This document shows, one piece after another, positions 21,169-33,544 of a stretch of DNA of 64,000 bases (position 1 is its first letter; the number at the start of each line of letters is the position of its first letter). The stretch comes from Eukaryota sp. TZLM1-RC. Its lineage: Eukaryota; Protista; Metamonada: BaSk clade. Below the pieces are notes generated by a model, which saw only the letters and a list, made by a program, of their open reading frames with translations, ran no database searches and was not told the DNA's origin. The position numbers and the translations under genes were made by a program. Location of the stretch: positions 1,736,001 through 1,800,000 of the forward strand of contig JAUPSS010000002.1 of the NCBI GenBank assembly GCA_040285825.1, read 5' to 3'.

Positions 21169-22885
21169 ATAGAGCTGTAAGTTTTTTAACTTTCAACTGT
21201 TCGATTATTTGTTTATATTGTTTGAATCAGTGTTCATGATCCCATATAATTTCATTAGATCGATCAATACCAATTATTCAATGGGATGAATAAGCAATAG
21301 CAATTAGAATGAAAACATTCCCTTTTTTTGAGGTGAGAAGGAAAATATCTTCTTGAATAAATCTTTTTTGATAATTTTTGATTGGCAACTTATGATAAGT
21401 TACATTCATAGAAAAATTAGACTTTCAGCAAATTGTCTTTATTTATTTTTCAGAATTTTAGTGATTTAGCTTTGATCGTAATGTGGTGTTGCTGCTTTAA
21501 CTATCCTTTGATTGTGATTTCACACAGTGATAGATCAAGAAGACAAAAAAGAGTAAAATAAGGTATGCCTAACATCTATCAACATTTCATGCGTTTTGTT
21601 GGAATTTCATCATCATATTGAAAAATGACAAACACTTGAACCCCTTAATTGCTGGTCGATTTGTTGTTGATTCTTGTAGTATTTACACAAATTATTACCA
21701 ACCATGCAAACTAAACACAGTTTCTAAAATTTTATAAGGAGGAGCAAAATTGACTTTGATCCTCAATATATTGCAAAGTATTGGAAGGTTCAAGAAGATG
21801 ATCCCTTCTCAGATTTTTTCTTATCCCAAAGAACTACAGTTGCAGTTTATTGTTTAAGGGATACAGATTTAACCATGAAATTATTAAATTTCTTTAACAA
21901 TGACCAATTCATGGAAACTGTTAAACATAGACTTTATGATGGTTATAAGGACAGTCTAAAAAATGTCATCAGAGATCCGAAAATGATTAACGTGATCGAT
22001 GAGGCAGTAATTAGGTGTCAGGAAATTTCAATTGTTGGTTTAGAATTCATTTGTGGTTATTATTTGCATCTTTTTGACTTGAACCCAAATGCTATTTTAC
22101 CAAAAATTGAAACACAATTCATTGGTCACACTTTTCTTGTGGTCACGTCCCAAAGTGAGGTGGCAAGTTCCCTTAACGCAAAAACAGCTTTGCAAAATCC
22201 TCGTTGTGCCCCGTTGTTGGAATTCTATCACCAACACTTTCGAGAAACACTAGTTCCAAACGTTTCATCAGAAAATGGAATAAGTAATATTTTGTATTAC
22301 ACAATTGACAAACTGATAGTGAATTTCAAAAATAACATATAGGAGCATTACTTTCATTACTTGGATCAGTTTGTCGATGTTTTTTATGATGTTAAGAGAA
22401 ACAACAATGTCCTGAAAAAGCAAGATAAGAAAAACTTCTCATTATTCATCAACAAAGTTAAATCTCTCCTTCTAGTGAGATGTAGGGATATTGATGGCGA
22501 AACTTCTGCAATGAGAAACAAAGTCCCATCAATTACTTCGCTTTTCATTAATGACCGGATCCCTCTTTTACTTCCCAGTAATTCTAAAAGAGAAAAGTAT
22601 CCAGAATTTGATTTTCATGAAAATCAAATTTGTATTTGAGGGCATTGTTGTATATTAAAAATTATTTAGAAGATGTGGAGAGCAAACACTTTCACGCTCT
22701 GCCTTTGAAGAATTCTTGTATTCCCTCGTATATCAGAATTGACAGGACAAGTTTATTGGACTTGTTCTTTGTCCAATTCAAGGACATTCTTGGTCAAAAG
22801 TTTATCCTACCAATGCAATAATCAAGCTGCTGATTTGGTTTTGGGGAATACCTTTTTGAAATTGGATAAGATTAAAAACACTAAG

Positions 22886-23988
22886 TGTTGTTGTTGAACT
22901 CAAATTGAATTAGTAGGTTTCTTTGTATTTCGACTGATGACGTGATACTCATTTATGAATCAGTTTTATTAATAAACAACAGATTTCTCTCTCTCCTTCG
23001 TGTGTTCATCTGCCTAACGGCATCAATAATTACTGGCCCTTCTTATTTCAGATGACTGTTCCTTCTGTCAACCTCCCGTCTCTTTCTTCCATGAAAGTTG
23101 AAAGTGTTCTCTTGTTCCTACAAGAGTGGAAGATCTATTCTTCTGTGACTTCTAAGAAAGAGCTTGTTCCAGCAAGACTCTTGGTCGATTCTTTTCTGTT
23201 AGAGTCCCTATCTCTCCAGAAATCCGACGTCTCTTCCAGTGACGATGTTCTTCTTAGACATCTTCAATCTGTCGTATCGTTCGCCACGTACGAAGATTTT
23301 AGTCTGGCTATGTCAGAACTGAAGCTTGATGTCCGTATTGGTGACGTCCTAGAACGTATGTCCTGTTACCTGCGACGTTTCCTCCAGGTAAAGAGTAGGG
23401 CTTCCGGACTGAAGTTACCAGACACAGCTTTTCTGAATCGATTTGCCAGAGGAATTCTTCCCGTAGGTCTTCAACGTTCTCTACTAGCGAGAATTCGAGA
23501 TGATGTATTCCCAGATCTTCACTCTCTTGTCGAAACCACTACTGATGAGCTGTTGGACTGCTCTAGGGTTGCTTCATGGACTCGTGGTTTCAAAACCTCA
23601 GTGAATGATGTGGAACGTACGGCTGGCACTAAAACGAGGTCCTCTTGGCGCTCTGAGGATTTAAAAAATCAATCGTGCTTCAAGTGCCACAAGCCTGGAC
23701 ACATCTCCCGTGATTGTCCATCTAAAATCAAACATGAGGTAAATTATTTGTGTCACACAAACGATGCACCAAAGAGTTTAACAAACCCCATATCTTCCCT
23801 CTATTGAGCCAGTACTGTATTTGTCCTCAGAAAAGTGGGAAAAAGTAGTGTTGTTGTTGAACTCAAATTGAATTAGTAGGTTTCTTTGTATTTCGACTGA
23901 TGACGTGATACTCATTTATGAATCAGTTTTATTAATAAACAACAGATTTCTCTCTCTCCTTCGTGTGTTCATCTGCCTAACGGCATCA
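22886..23988 (+). mobile_element. 1.1 kb gag-only LTR retroelement (TR-GAG-like)
   Basis: 140-bp LTRs 22886-23025 and 23849-23988 that appear identical (TG..CA), TSD TAAG, polypurine tract before the 3' LTR. Confidence 0.92.
23052..23807 (+). CDS. gag: Gag protein with CCHC zinc knuckle
   Basis: Intact 251-aa ORF with CFKCHKPGHISRDC. Confidence 0.85.
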   Translation: MTVPSVNLPSLSSMKVESVLLFLQEWKIYSSVTSKKELVPARLLVDSFLLESLSLQKSDVSSSDDVLLRHLQSVVSFATYEDFSLAMSELKLDVRIGDVLERMSCYLRRFLQVKSRASGLKLPDTAFLNRFARGILPVGLQRSLLARIRDDVFPDLHSLVETTTDELLDCSRVASWTRGFKTSVNDVERTAGTKTRSSWRSEDLKNQSCFKCHKPGHISRDCPSKIKHEVNYLCHTNDAPKSLTNPISSLY

Positions 23989-25230
23989 TAAGCTTTATTC
24001 AGAAAGTTTTGAGTACATCATGTCTAGTATTGAGACTGATCGAGTGGCAGTAAGTTTCATTCAATCTAGAATGGACTTGAAAAAGTACAAAGTAACTGCA
24101 AAAGAGTTAAAAGATAAAGAAAAATATATTGATGACCCCAGCATCAATCCTTCTGAATTCCAAGATATGACCCTTGCTGCTGCTGATCCAGGGAAATCTG
24201 ATCTACTCTATTTTTCTGCCAATTTAGCTACTGGAATGACTCATTCAAAAAAACCTGAGAGAGATAAATATTTTCATTTCAGATACACTCAAAATCAACG
24301 AAGATTTGAGTCGAAAAGTTCCAAATTCAAAAGAATAAGAGACAGCATACGGAATGACACTCTTATCACAATAAGTAAATCTACTGATAGAGTGATTGAT
24401 CTATCCAATTATGAACCATCTGAAGAGCAGCAACAAAAGACGGATTTAAACAGCAGTATAATTAGTCAAATGACTGAAAGAACAATTAGTTTATTAAGAG
24501 GAAAAGTATCTCAAGAAATCAATATTCCCCACGAAATTGATTACTCATTCAAATTTGAGAAATAATGATCACACGACTAAATCTGTAGCAGAATGGGAGG
24601 CAACATTATCCCAATTCAACTCCAAAAGCTGCAGGTTTGATAGATTTATGGAGTATATCAAACAAAAGAATTATGTGAATAGTATTGTTGGTCAAGTCTA
24701 TCATCAAAAAATATTTAGGAAACTAAGATGGTGGGCTGAGATTAATCGCACAAGATCTGAGGCGAAGATGATCAAGCGATTCAAATCAGTTATTGATGAT
24801 CTCAGCCAAGTAGTTATTGGAATCGGAGACTGGGAACAACGAAAACACATGAAATTCAAAGAACCTACCAAAGGAAAAGGGTTGAGAATTGTATTTAAAA
24901 AGGCTGGTGATAAGGTCTTTCTGATTGATGAGTTTCGAACCAGTTGCTGTTGTTTCAACTGTAAGAAAGCGGAGAAAACAGCTGCAAGCTTCCGATGGTA
25001 CAGAAATCCTAAGCCATGGAAGAGGCATGAGGTGTCTATTGGTCACGGGCTTACCATATGTAAATCATGCGAAAGTTTGTGGAACAGAGATCGAATTGCT
25101 TCGCTTCATATGTTGGCAGTGATGGAAGCACATGTAAATGGTGGAGATAGACCGGAATACCTGCAGAGAGCCAAGGTTGTTGAAGGTTCAATGAAAATGG
25201 TATCAAGAAGAAAATCTTTCACTTCACAAA

Positions 25231-25292
25231 AACTCAGTCGCTCTCATCGCTGTAAAAAGGACACTTATTTCATTGTTATAGACATAATCTGT
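25231..25292 (+). repeat. 62-nt motif (probable Fanzor-B right end), ending 4 nt before galactokinase ATG
   Basis: Homologous to 16631..16693. Confidence 0.8.
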
Positions 25293-25296
25293 TTCA

Positions 25297-26598
25297 ATGA
25301 CATTCTGTCTACGTATTCATTCCCCAGCTCGTGTTAACTTGATTGGTGAACATACCGATTATTCTCTTTTTCCATGTATGCCCATCTGCATAAACCGTTC
25401 ATTTTCCACGACTACTGTGTCCAACAATACTTCTTTCATTTATATTACTATTGATGACCTCGAATTTCGAATAAACTTGTCTAACCAGGAGTTACTATCT
25501 GATAATCGTCTAACCTTTACAAAACCTACACTTGTACACTATGCTCTATGTGCACTCAAAGGTATTTTGCATATGACAGACCATGCACCTTACACTTTAA
25601 TGGGATTAGATGTTACCTGTACATCAACTATCCCCATAGCCAGTGGACTCTCCTCTTCAAGCGCAATCGTTTGCAACTTCCTTTTACTATTCAATCAGCT
25701 TTTACTTCATCAACCCATTTCGGACAGGAAGTTGTTATCAGACATTGCACGTCGTTGTGAACAGTATTGTGGCACTCTGAGTGGTGGAATGGATCAGGCA
25801 ATCATTTTGAATGGGGTACATGGGTCGGCCTTGTTGATTGAATTTTCACCCCTCGATTTTGGTTATTTTCCCTTACCTGATGTTTCGTTTGTTGTTGCTC
25901 ATTCTCTAGAAGAGTCACATAAAGCAGCTACTGATAACTATAACATTAGAGTGATTGAGTGTCGCTTGGCAAGCTTGTATGTCGCCATTTATTTGGGGTT
26001 GGAGTTTCCCAAAGATTTGATATTGAGGAATGTTTTCCACTGTGCTAAGGTATTGGATATTGATACAATGTTAAATATCCTGGAAAATGCAGTTCCGGAT
26101 AAACTTGTGTATCTAGAGGATGTTGCAACTGATTTAAAAATAGATTTAAATTTTTTAACAACCAAAGTTGTTTCTAGTTCCTTATCTTCACCCACAAATA
26201 TCCCATTCAAACCTTACAAAAGGGCCCTACATGTGCTCAATGAAGCAAAAAGAGTGTATCAATTAGGTAAACTATTCAAAAGTGGTGTCAATTCAATCAG
26301 TGAGATTGGAAAGATATTGATTGAAAGTCAGTTTTCTTTAAAAGACAATTATGAATGTTCTTCTGCCTGTCTTGACGAACTACTATATCTAGTTTCCACT
26401 TGCAATGCTTATGGTCGTCTCACTGGTGCGGGATGGGGTGGCATGGCAGTGATTGTTGTAGAAAAAGAGAATGTTAACATTTTGATGGATACTTTGTGGA
26501 AATTGTTTTATCAAAAGAGAGGAATACCAGACAGTAGCAAAAATGATTTATTGTTTGAAGTAAACGCAGTTGATGGTTGTGTTGTTGAAACCGAGTAG
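25297..26598 (+). CDS. GALK: Galactokinase / N-acetylgalactosamine kinase (GHMP family)
   Basis: PARVNLIGEHTDY, PIASGLSSSSA, GGMDQ, RLTGAGWGG motifs. Confidence 0.93.
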   Translation: MTFCLRIHSPARVNLIGEHTDYSLFPCMPICINRSFSTTTVSNNTSFIYITIDDLEFRINLSNQELLSDNRLTFTKPTLVHYALCALKGILHMTDHAPYTLMGLDVTCTSTIPIASGLSSSSAIVCNFLLLFNQLLLHQPISDRKLLSDIARRCEQYCGTLSGGMDQAIILNGVHGSALLIEFSPLDFGYFPLPDVSFVVAHSLEESHKAATDNYNIRVIECRLASLYVAIYLGLEFPKDLILRNVFHCAKVLDIDTMLNILENAVPDKLVYLEDVATDLKIDLNFLTTKVVSSSLSSPTNIPFKPYKRALHVLNEAKRVYQLGKLFKSGVNSISEIGKILIESQFSLKDNYECSSACLDELLYLVSTCNAYGRLTGAGWGGMAVIVVEKENVNILMDTLWKLFYQKRGIPDSSKNDLLFEVNAVDGCVVETE

Positions 26599-26664
26599 GT
26601 TTCCAGTAAACTTTCAAAAAACCATAAACTTTCAAAAAAACAATGAGTAACGAGTAGGTTTTCA

Positions 26665-28440
26665 AAAAATAAACAAAATTAATTCATAACTAATGGGACG
26701 ACTATCATTGAACCAAGATTTCCTCTACAAAAACTTGATCTGCTGGCTGTCTAGCTAAAGCTTCTCTAATTCGGTTGAAAAACCGAGGTAATCTATTAAT
26801 AATGGCAAATTGAATCCGAGAACGCCATAAAAAATATCAAATCTGTTCATTGCTTTTCTTGAACCATTTTTGGAAATTGTTCAAAAAAAATTCCTGCTTC
26901 TACTGATAGTCTTCCGTTTATAGAAAATGGGAAAGCAATAAAAACAAGTGGTGTATTTCTATCAACATTAGCTTCTTCAATATCTTTCTCTTATTTTCTA
27001 TGTTTTTCTTTGGCTTTAAATTCAAGAGCATCTTCAGGATTGAGTTTTTTCTTTGAACCAAAGTGTCATTTGCAACATTACAGGAGTCAAAGGTCAACAG
27101 CAGCTTCAGAGGTCTCAATCCAATCACAGTATACTTCACCTCTATCATCAGAACCGGAATTAGTCAATGACAGTGTTTCCTTCAGCAGAGGTTCTTTGAT
27201 ACACGAAATTTTTGCAGTTTGTGCCATATGAAAAACAGTGTCTCCAACAGCATCATGTTATGAAGAACGATAAGTTATCAATTTCGAACAATTCATGGAA
27301 TGACGCAAAGTGAGCTGTGGTGAATTCGAACAAATACATTTTTCTTTTGATAATAATTGATTAATGGTGATATTCAAATATAATCTCATTTTTGTTACAA
27401 ATGCTTCATTAGTGGCACAGTCCAAATCTTCGTGGTACAATGGTTATGAAAAGTGAAGAATCTGATGACTTGCTTTCACAAAAACCCTTTTCCAATAACA
27501 ATGAGTGAAGATCTTGATTTAAAACAGCCGAGCTGCATATATTATTATAAAGATCATTTTCATACATGCCAGTCAATCGTTTCTGTAATGTTCGAAGAAT
27601 GTATTTTAAATTTAGAAGATTGTTTTCTGGAAAATTGCCATTGAATGATTGAGGAAAGCATCGACTCAATCTCTCCAATCGGCAAATCTTTCAGAAAGCT
27701 CAAATATTGCATTTCTACATCCCCAACAAAAGCACATGAAGTACGAATAGAAACCTTTGTACAACCTAGACCGCCATAATGTGGACTGGCATATGATTAA
27801 AGTTGAAACTAAAACATAGTCTTATAATGGTAAATTTGATATGTTTTTGTATATCTAATTTCATCATTTGGTTAATTTTTTCGGCAATCAAGTTCAATTT
27901 TTCAAACAATGCTTTGGTAATTTCATTATTATTTCCTAAAAACGAACCCAAATGACGAATAGCATCAATTGACTATAGTTTGGCTTGAATTTCAATACCA
28001 TCAACTATTGTAGAAACTGGAGAATCTGAAAGTAAAACACATTTGAGTAAGTTAAGTCGGAGGCCAATTTTGTTGAATAATTCTTTAAAAAATACAGGTG
28101 CTTTTTCCACAATCTTTAAGTCACCTATAAGAACAACGTCATCCATATGCGCAATCATTTTTAGCGAAGGAAACATCTCTTGAATTTGCAATAACATGGG
28201 ATGAATGGCCAAACAAAACAAAAGATGTTGTAAAGGTTCTCCTTGTTTTACACCACTTGATGATTTCAAAACGGAATCACCAAAATGCAAAATAGAATTT
28301 GTGCTATATGTTGTTTGAAAATAGGGCATTAATTCTAGCAAATATTGTAACAAAGCACCATGAATACTGCAACGACTAATTGAATTGAATGTATTGCTGA
28401 AATCCAAAGACAAACAAACATTGGATTGTTGATCGAAACT
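26665..28440 (-). mobile_element. CRE-like non-LTR retrotransposon, group I, degenerate (RT plus RLE)
   Basis: LDFSNTFNS, GVKQGEPL, HMDD (RT); downstream CCHC and RLE; 3' end near 26680. Confidence 0.85.
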
Positions 28441-29495
28441 GCATGAAATTATACAACATTAGTGTGAAGTCTGTCATCTTTGTTGATTAATGAAACGATC
28501 ATATTGACAGTCACCTCATTGTCGAAAACCAGAAAAGATGATGAAACGTAGTTCTTTCTGGTTCAAATAAGAAAAAAAATAACAAACAAAGTACAAAATA
28601 GTATTTCCAAAACCAGTTGAATAGTAATTATTGAAACTTGAACCAAAAGACTGTGACTCACTTTCATGGATTTCTACTCACAGAAAGTTCCCTGGTTAGT
28701 CTGAGGATATTTCACAGCATAGTTTAGAATCAATTTACATTTTTTCTCCAAAACATTTTGTAATTAATTTGTACTTACAATGTATTCTTTTTCAAACCTA
28801 CAGGTTGATTCTGAAACTGTGTTCTGTTAATTCAGTGCTCTGTTAATTAAATAAATAAAAATAAGAATTCACTCAAATGATTTTTTTTCAATTTTATTTT
28901 CAATACAAACAAAAAAATTGATTTGAATTATTTTAAATGTAAAGTCTGACACTTTCAAAAACTATCAAATATTTTGATGACAAGCTGTAAGCCCTATTCA
29001 AAAATTGATAAATATCGACTTAAACCAAATACGTTCTGAACAAGGAAATCTAAAAAAACTATTTTAAAACAAAAAGTTGAACAACTAGAATGGTAATGAT
29101 AATTTTTTCCAAATTAAAGTAGGTATTGGTGGTAATCTTAACAATAGTCTGCTTTCACTATATGTAATCAAGACCAATTATAAAATAAAAAACAACCCTG
29201 AGTTAAATAAAACTAGAAAAAAATAATAAAATAAAATTCAGCGACGGCAACACACGTGGAACTAAATGATTTCATAGTAGTAGTCAAGTATTACTTATAA
29301 ACAATATGATTTGAATTAACATGTAATTTAAAAGAACAAGACAAATAGATGTCATGGAGTCAAAATACCAATAAGGCAACTGAAAACAAAGAGTGTAATA
29401 ACAGACAATAAAAAAGCATTTTTGAAAACAAAAAGGGTCACCTCTAAACCAGTAAAAAATATTTCATTGTTATTGTGTAGTTAGAAGACGAATGG

Positions 29496-29957
29496 TTACT
29501 TTGATTGGTTTTTCATCATCTGAAATGATGTTCTTTGATGTAAAAAAGCTTCGATACGTTGGTTACAGTCCAATATATCAGTTCTCTGCTCCATGAGATC
29601 GAGAAGAGAGCGGATTGCATTCTGGTCTGTTTCTAGTCGTTGTTTGACAACCATATGTTCTTCTAATTTTTGAAAAGGAGAATCAGTGGACAAAGATCTA
29701 TTGCAGACAGAATTAGCGAGTGGCTTAGCACCAGACACAATGTCATATCCAGCATTCTTTGGATTGGTGCGAAGTTGTATTGAATTGCCACAGACAGAGC
29801 AGCTGAAAGACAAAAGCTGAATGTTTGATGACAAGTACTGCCCACACGTAAAATTGTTTGCAGTTACCCTGGTTCCTTTGGCAATTTGATGAGGTGGGTG
29901 TTGCGCTGATCCAAGGCAGTTGACAGTGAAAGGCATTTCAATTCGTACAGGTGTCAT
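29496..29957 (-). CDS. YJU2: YJU2/CWC16 (CCDC94/CCDC130) splicing factor-like
   Basis: RIEMPFTVNC..IAKGTR.TA..CSVCGNSI.LRTNPKNAGYDIVSGA. First in-frame ATG at 29957. Confidence 0.8.
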   Translation of the reverse strand: MTPVRIEMPFTVNCLGSAQHPPHQIAKGTRVTANNFTCGQYLSSNIQLLSFSCSVCGNSIQLRTNPKNAGYDIVSGAKPLANSVCNRSLSTDSPFQKLEEHMVVKQRLETDQNAIRSLLDLMEQRTDILDCNQRIEAFLHQRTSFQMMKNQSK

Positions 29958-30068
29958 TGAACAGTGACAAAAATTATTACTCGAAACTTTATTTGAAAGC
30001 AGTATCCACAAATATCAACAGTTAATGAACAGGCTTGTGGGAAAACAGGCAACACAATGATAAAGAAA

Positions 30069-30328
30069 CTAGAGGTCCTTGGCAAGGCGAGTGAGATGGT
30101 AGTCACTTTCACCCTTTAGACGTACAAAGCCACAGAGGGCTAAGGGAGTAGATGAACCAGTGAAACGACCAGTTTCATCGATTTGGCCAACATTGATTTG
30201 GATGGAGGCGTGATCCTTAGGACCAAGAATTCTGTTAGTGGCGGAGCTATGATCAGAGTTTCAGAATGTACCATTTACCATTTGCGGGGGACGTAGAGGT
30301 CAACGAACTTTCCTTGATCGTTTTGCAT
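30069..30328 (-). CDS. RPS21: 40S ribosomal protein S21 (eS21); exons 30328-30279 and 30246-30069, 32-nt intron
   Basis: Not in the ORF track. Spliced product [37 protein letters not shown]... (75 aa); GT-AG intron 30247-30278. Confidence 0.95.
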
Positions 30329-30385
30329 GATGGAACAAAAAAGGAAAACCGAAAAAAGGAGCCAACTAATTCGGTACCCAAATCC

Positions 30386-30703
30386 ATGCAACCCACAATT
30401 TCCTCACAGTCTTCACGGAAAAGACGCTCTTCTGAGAGTTTGGCCACACCATATTCTGCTCCAAATAAAGCGGTCAACGTAGAACCTATTGATGAAACGA
30501 TGGTGCATCCTTCAACAGACCCTATCCTTGATGTAATGAAATCACTAGGTTTTCCTGTGTCTTTTTCAACAACCCACAGTAAACACGTTTTTGGTAATAT
30601 CGCTTTTGCTGTCGACATTAAAACAAAACGCAAGTACAGACAATATGTACATAAAAAACGAAATGCGAATAAGGTGGAGGGTGAAGTTATCAGTCGACAT
30701 TAG
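30386..30703 (+). CDS. SNRNP27: U4/U6.U5 tri-snRNP 27 kDa protein-like
   Basis: MKSLGF..FSTT..K.V.GN...V....KRKYRQY motif. Start moved to 30386 because the track start overlaps RPS21. Confidence 0.8.
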   Translation: MQPTISSQSSRKRRSSESLATPYSAPNKAVNVEPIDETMVHPSTDPILDVMKSLGFPVSFSTTHSKHVFGNIAFAVDIKTKRKYRQYVHKKRNANKVEGEVISRH

Positions 30704-31960
30704 CACCTTGTATTTTGTAATTTCTAAATTGCATTGTTTTCGATTATTCTGAAGTTTGTTGGCGGATTTTCCTCTTGTGAATTTAGCATCAGTTAACACC
30801 AGTTATCTAACGATATTATGAGATATGTTTATTAATTTGGTTTATCATTCAATAAAAAGCACCAATCCCAGTACAAATTGAAGCCCTCTTTCCTGGTGTT
30901 ATACAGACGTTTTCAAATGCATATGCGTCTGTGTCCGTCTGTTTCCTAACAGACAGCGCCCGAACGTCTTCAGACTTGCTTCAGACGTTTTTTTTCTCAC
31001 TGGTTCTTGCAGAAACACTCTATAGAACTCAGCTCTAGTATTAATTTATTTTTGATTACAAATCTTGTTAACAACCTATACTACCACATCAATGGCAACA
31101 TATAAATATAAGCTATAAAGAAAACTATCTAGACATTACGTCACCATCCACATCTATAGAGGCAGCAACTGCAAATTCGTTCTTTGATTAGAAAGCCAGA
31201 TTACCAGTAATGAATTATCGCTAAAAGTGTGGATAAACAGTGTAGATAATCGCCAATGATACACCTACAAAATCAAAGCTCTGGCCTTTCCTTATTTTAG
31301 AATAAAATTGATAATGCTTCTTTTCGAATGTAATCTTCTCTGCGATATTATCATAATCATCTGGTTATGACTAAATTAAAAGAATTGATTCCTGGAACAG
31401 TCACTTTCTAAATCTCAACCAAAAACCTTGACTAATTCTGTTACCTAATAAAACCCCAACAATTGAATGACGGCAGTTTTTCATTATTCACTGGATTAGC
31501 AACTCGCTTGTTATAAAACTCCGAAATGTTGTTCAAAATGGAGTTAATATAACAAGGAAGAGCTTTCAATAACGAAAATACAATTCCAAATCAGAAAATC
31601 AAACGTACGACCAACGTATGATTAAACTTGCATCTTTAAAATTGTCATTACAGAGTTGCAATTTGTTTAACAAAATCGCAGCATTCATTCATCAGCTACA
31701 CAGAGATTTGTTTGTCAAAGTACAGTTATGTTTTTGGATTTGTACTCCCCACGATACAAAGGACTATACTTTAAACCACCACAAATATGAGTACACGATG
31801 ATTTGCATTGAGTAAGATCGAAAATATAATATTGGAATAGAAGTAAAACAATTGTGAATGGAAAGACCATGTATTTTGAGGCTATCTGACAGAAAACGTC
31901 TAACACATAATGAAATTGAGATGATGCAACAGTCATTGAAAACAAGGGAGATGAAGTTAA

Positions 31961-32287
31961 CTATTTAGCCTTGGCTTGAAGTTCGAACACCTTAGATCTA
32001 CCAATAGAGACCTGGTGCTTGTACTTACATTGCGAACATTCTAAACGAAGAAGGATCTTCTTGGTGGTCTTAGCTTTCTTGTGGAAGATAGGCTTGGTCT
32101 GACCTCCAAAACCAGATTGCTTTCTGCGGTATCTACGTTCACCTATCGTAAGAAATTGAGACATCTACTTACCTTGGGCGTTGGGACGACGCTTACCAGC
32201 CTTAGACTGGGAGATTTTGTGTTCCGTATGCTTGTTGCATGATGGGTTGTGACAATGAGTCCTTTTAGTTTTGGGCCAGACTACCAT
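31961..32287 (-). CDS. RPL44: 60S ribosomal protein L44 (eL42/L36a); exons 32287-32173 and 32142-31961, 30-nt intron
   Basis: [12 protein letters not shown]...[32 protein letters not shown]; GTAAGT...AG intron 32143-32172. Confidence 0.96.
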
Positions 32288-32455
32288 TTGCTGAGGTGAA
32301 AAAAAGGAAAATCATACACAAACGAAGAAAAGAAAGACCTTACATACTTTTTCACTCTTTAACCTTATCCACAAATGCTATATATTTGGAACAATGACGA
32401 GACACATACAACACTCTGTGATGCATATTGAATATAAGAAATATACGAGCGACTT

Positions 32456-33544
32456 TTAGTGATCTATTTTATTTAATTCGTTGACGACTAGAGTAATGTG
32501 TGGACGATCAAACGGATTAATCGCCATCATTGACATGATCAATGAATGATATTCATATGGAATTGAATCCGCAAAACTTGAAAACAAGGAGGCACCTCCA
32601 TCTACTTCTCTTGCTTCAACTACTTCTGAAGGTTCATCATAATATTCAGTGTAAGGATTGGTTTTGGACAACAATGAGAATGCAATGCAACCCAGTACAA
32701 ATATGTCTGACGCTTTCGAAAATTGAGCCAATGGATTATTAAATATTTCAGGAGGTGAGTATATCACAAATCCCCAATTGTTATACAAATCTGCAGATCC
32801 ATACTGTGCAATTTTCCAAATGAAGAATTCGGGCAGTTGTAGTCTAACATCAACAACTTTCTCATCCTTCAGGGTAAGCCAAATAGTTTCAGGTGTTACT
32901 AATCCCAGGTTATTTGTATAATTATGAATGAATTGGAATATATCAACCAATTGTTTGATAATATTATAGATTTCAGATAGTCGAGGATTCACTTCACTTA
33001 CGAAACGACGGTCCATCCATTCTTGAAGAGTACAATGGAGAGTGGAATAGACAATTCCAGGGGGATTATGTGTAACACCAACCACCTTGAGTAAATGGTC
33101 GCAATTGGCGAAAACTGCATTGTAAACTACAAACATTGCATCAACAGTGTCTTGCACATCAGCGATTAATGAATGTGGAAAACAATCCTCCAAACGAAAT
33201 TGCTGCCATAAAACATCCTGTCCACGATAACGTGCTAGAAATTGATAAGAAGCTATAGTTGAACCACTTTGTGAAGTGATTTTTAAACTAGTGTTGTGAA
33301 TCTCAAGTATTTTTGCAGGAAGTGAATTAAGAATTCGTTCCAATGGAGCGTTCACTGCATGGTTCTGTCCAATGAGAACCTTATTGCAACAAAAAGACTT
33401 CAGGGATTTAGATTTGCTGTATTCATTAAATGACCTATCATAGCATGTTCTACAGTGGTTATGACCACATGGTAAGACTATTGGCGATTGAAGAAGATGA
33501 GGTAAACCAGTTGAGCAAATAAAGTCTGCGATTGAAAAAGGCAT
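32456..33544 (-). CDS. RING-like finger plus protein-kinase-fold (probable pseudokinase)
   Basis: C..LPCGHNHCRTC RING-like; kinase C-lobe YSPPE, KASDIFVLG, RP; HRD and DFG absent. First ATG at 33544. Confidence 0.7.
   Translation of the reverse strand: MPFSIADFICSTGLPHLLQSPIVLPCGHNHCRTCYDRSFNEYSKSKSLKSFCCNKVLIGQNHAVNAPLERILNSLPAKILEIHNTSLKITSQSGSTIASYQFLARYRGQDVLWQQFRLEDCFPHSLIADVQDTVDAMFVVYNAVFANCDHLLKVVGVTHNPPGIVYSTLHCTLQEWMDRRFVSEVNPRLSEIYNIIKQLVDIFQFIHNYTNNLGLVTPETIWLTLKDEKVVDVRLQLPEFFIWKIAQYGSADLYNNWGFVIYSPPEIFNNPLAQFSKASDIFVLGCIAFSLLSKTNPYTEYYDEPSEVVEAREVDGGASLFSSFADSIPYEYHSLIMSMMAINPFDRPHITLVVNELNKIDH

Larger units (their letters stand above)
21640..25292 (+). pseudogene. PolB-exonuclease-Fanzor, family B, disrupted by stops, frameshifts and an LTR insertion
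   Basis: Exonuclease remnant IAGRFVVD..KLNTVSKIL..KIDF..VAVYCLRD runs in frame into ORF 21875. Then IRID, IETD, RuvC-I AADPGKSDL, GDW, RuvC-II IDEFRTS, CFNC/CKSC, RuvC-III WNRD, RPEYL. Removing the LTR element restores the frame (KIKNTK/LYSESF). Confidence 0.85.

Noticed and set aside
30266-30385. N-terminal part of track ORF 30266..30703
   Set aside because: It overlaps RPS21 exon 1 and its intron on the opposite strand; 30386 is the more plausible start.
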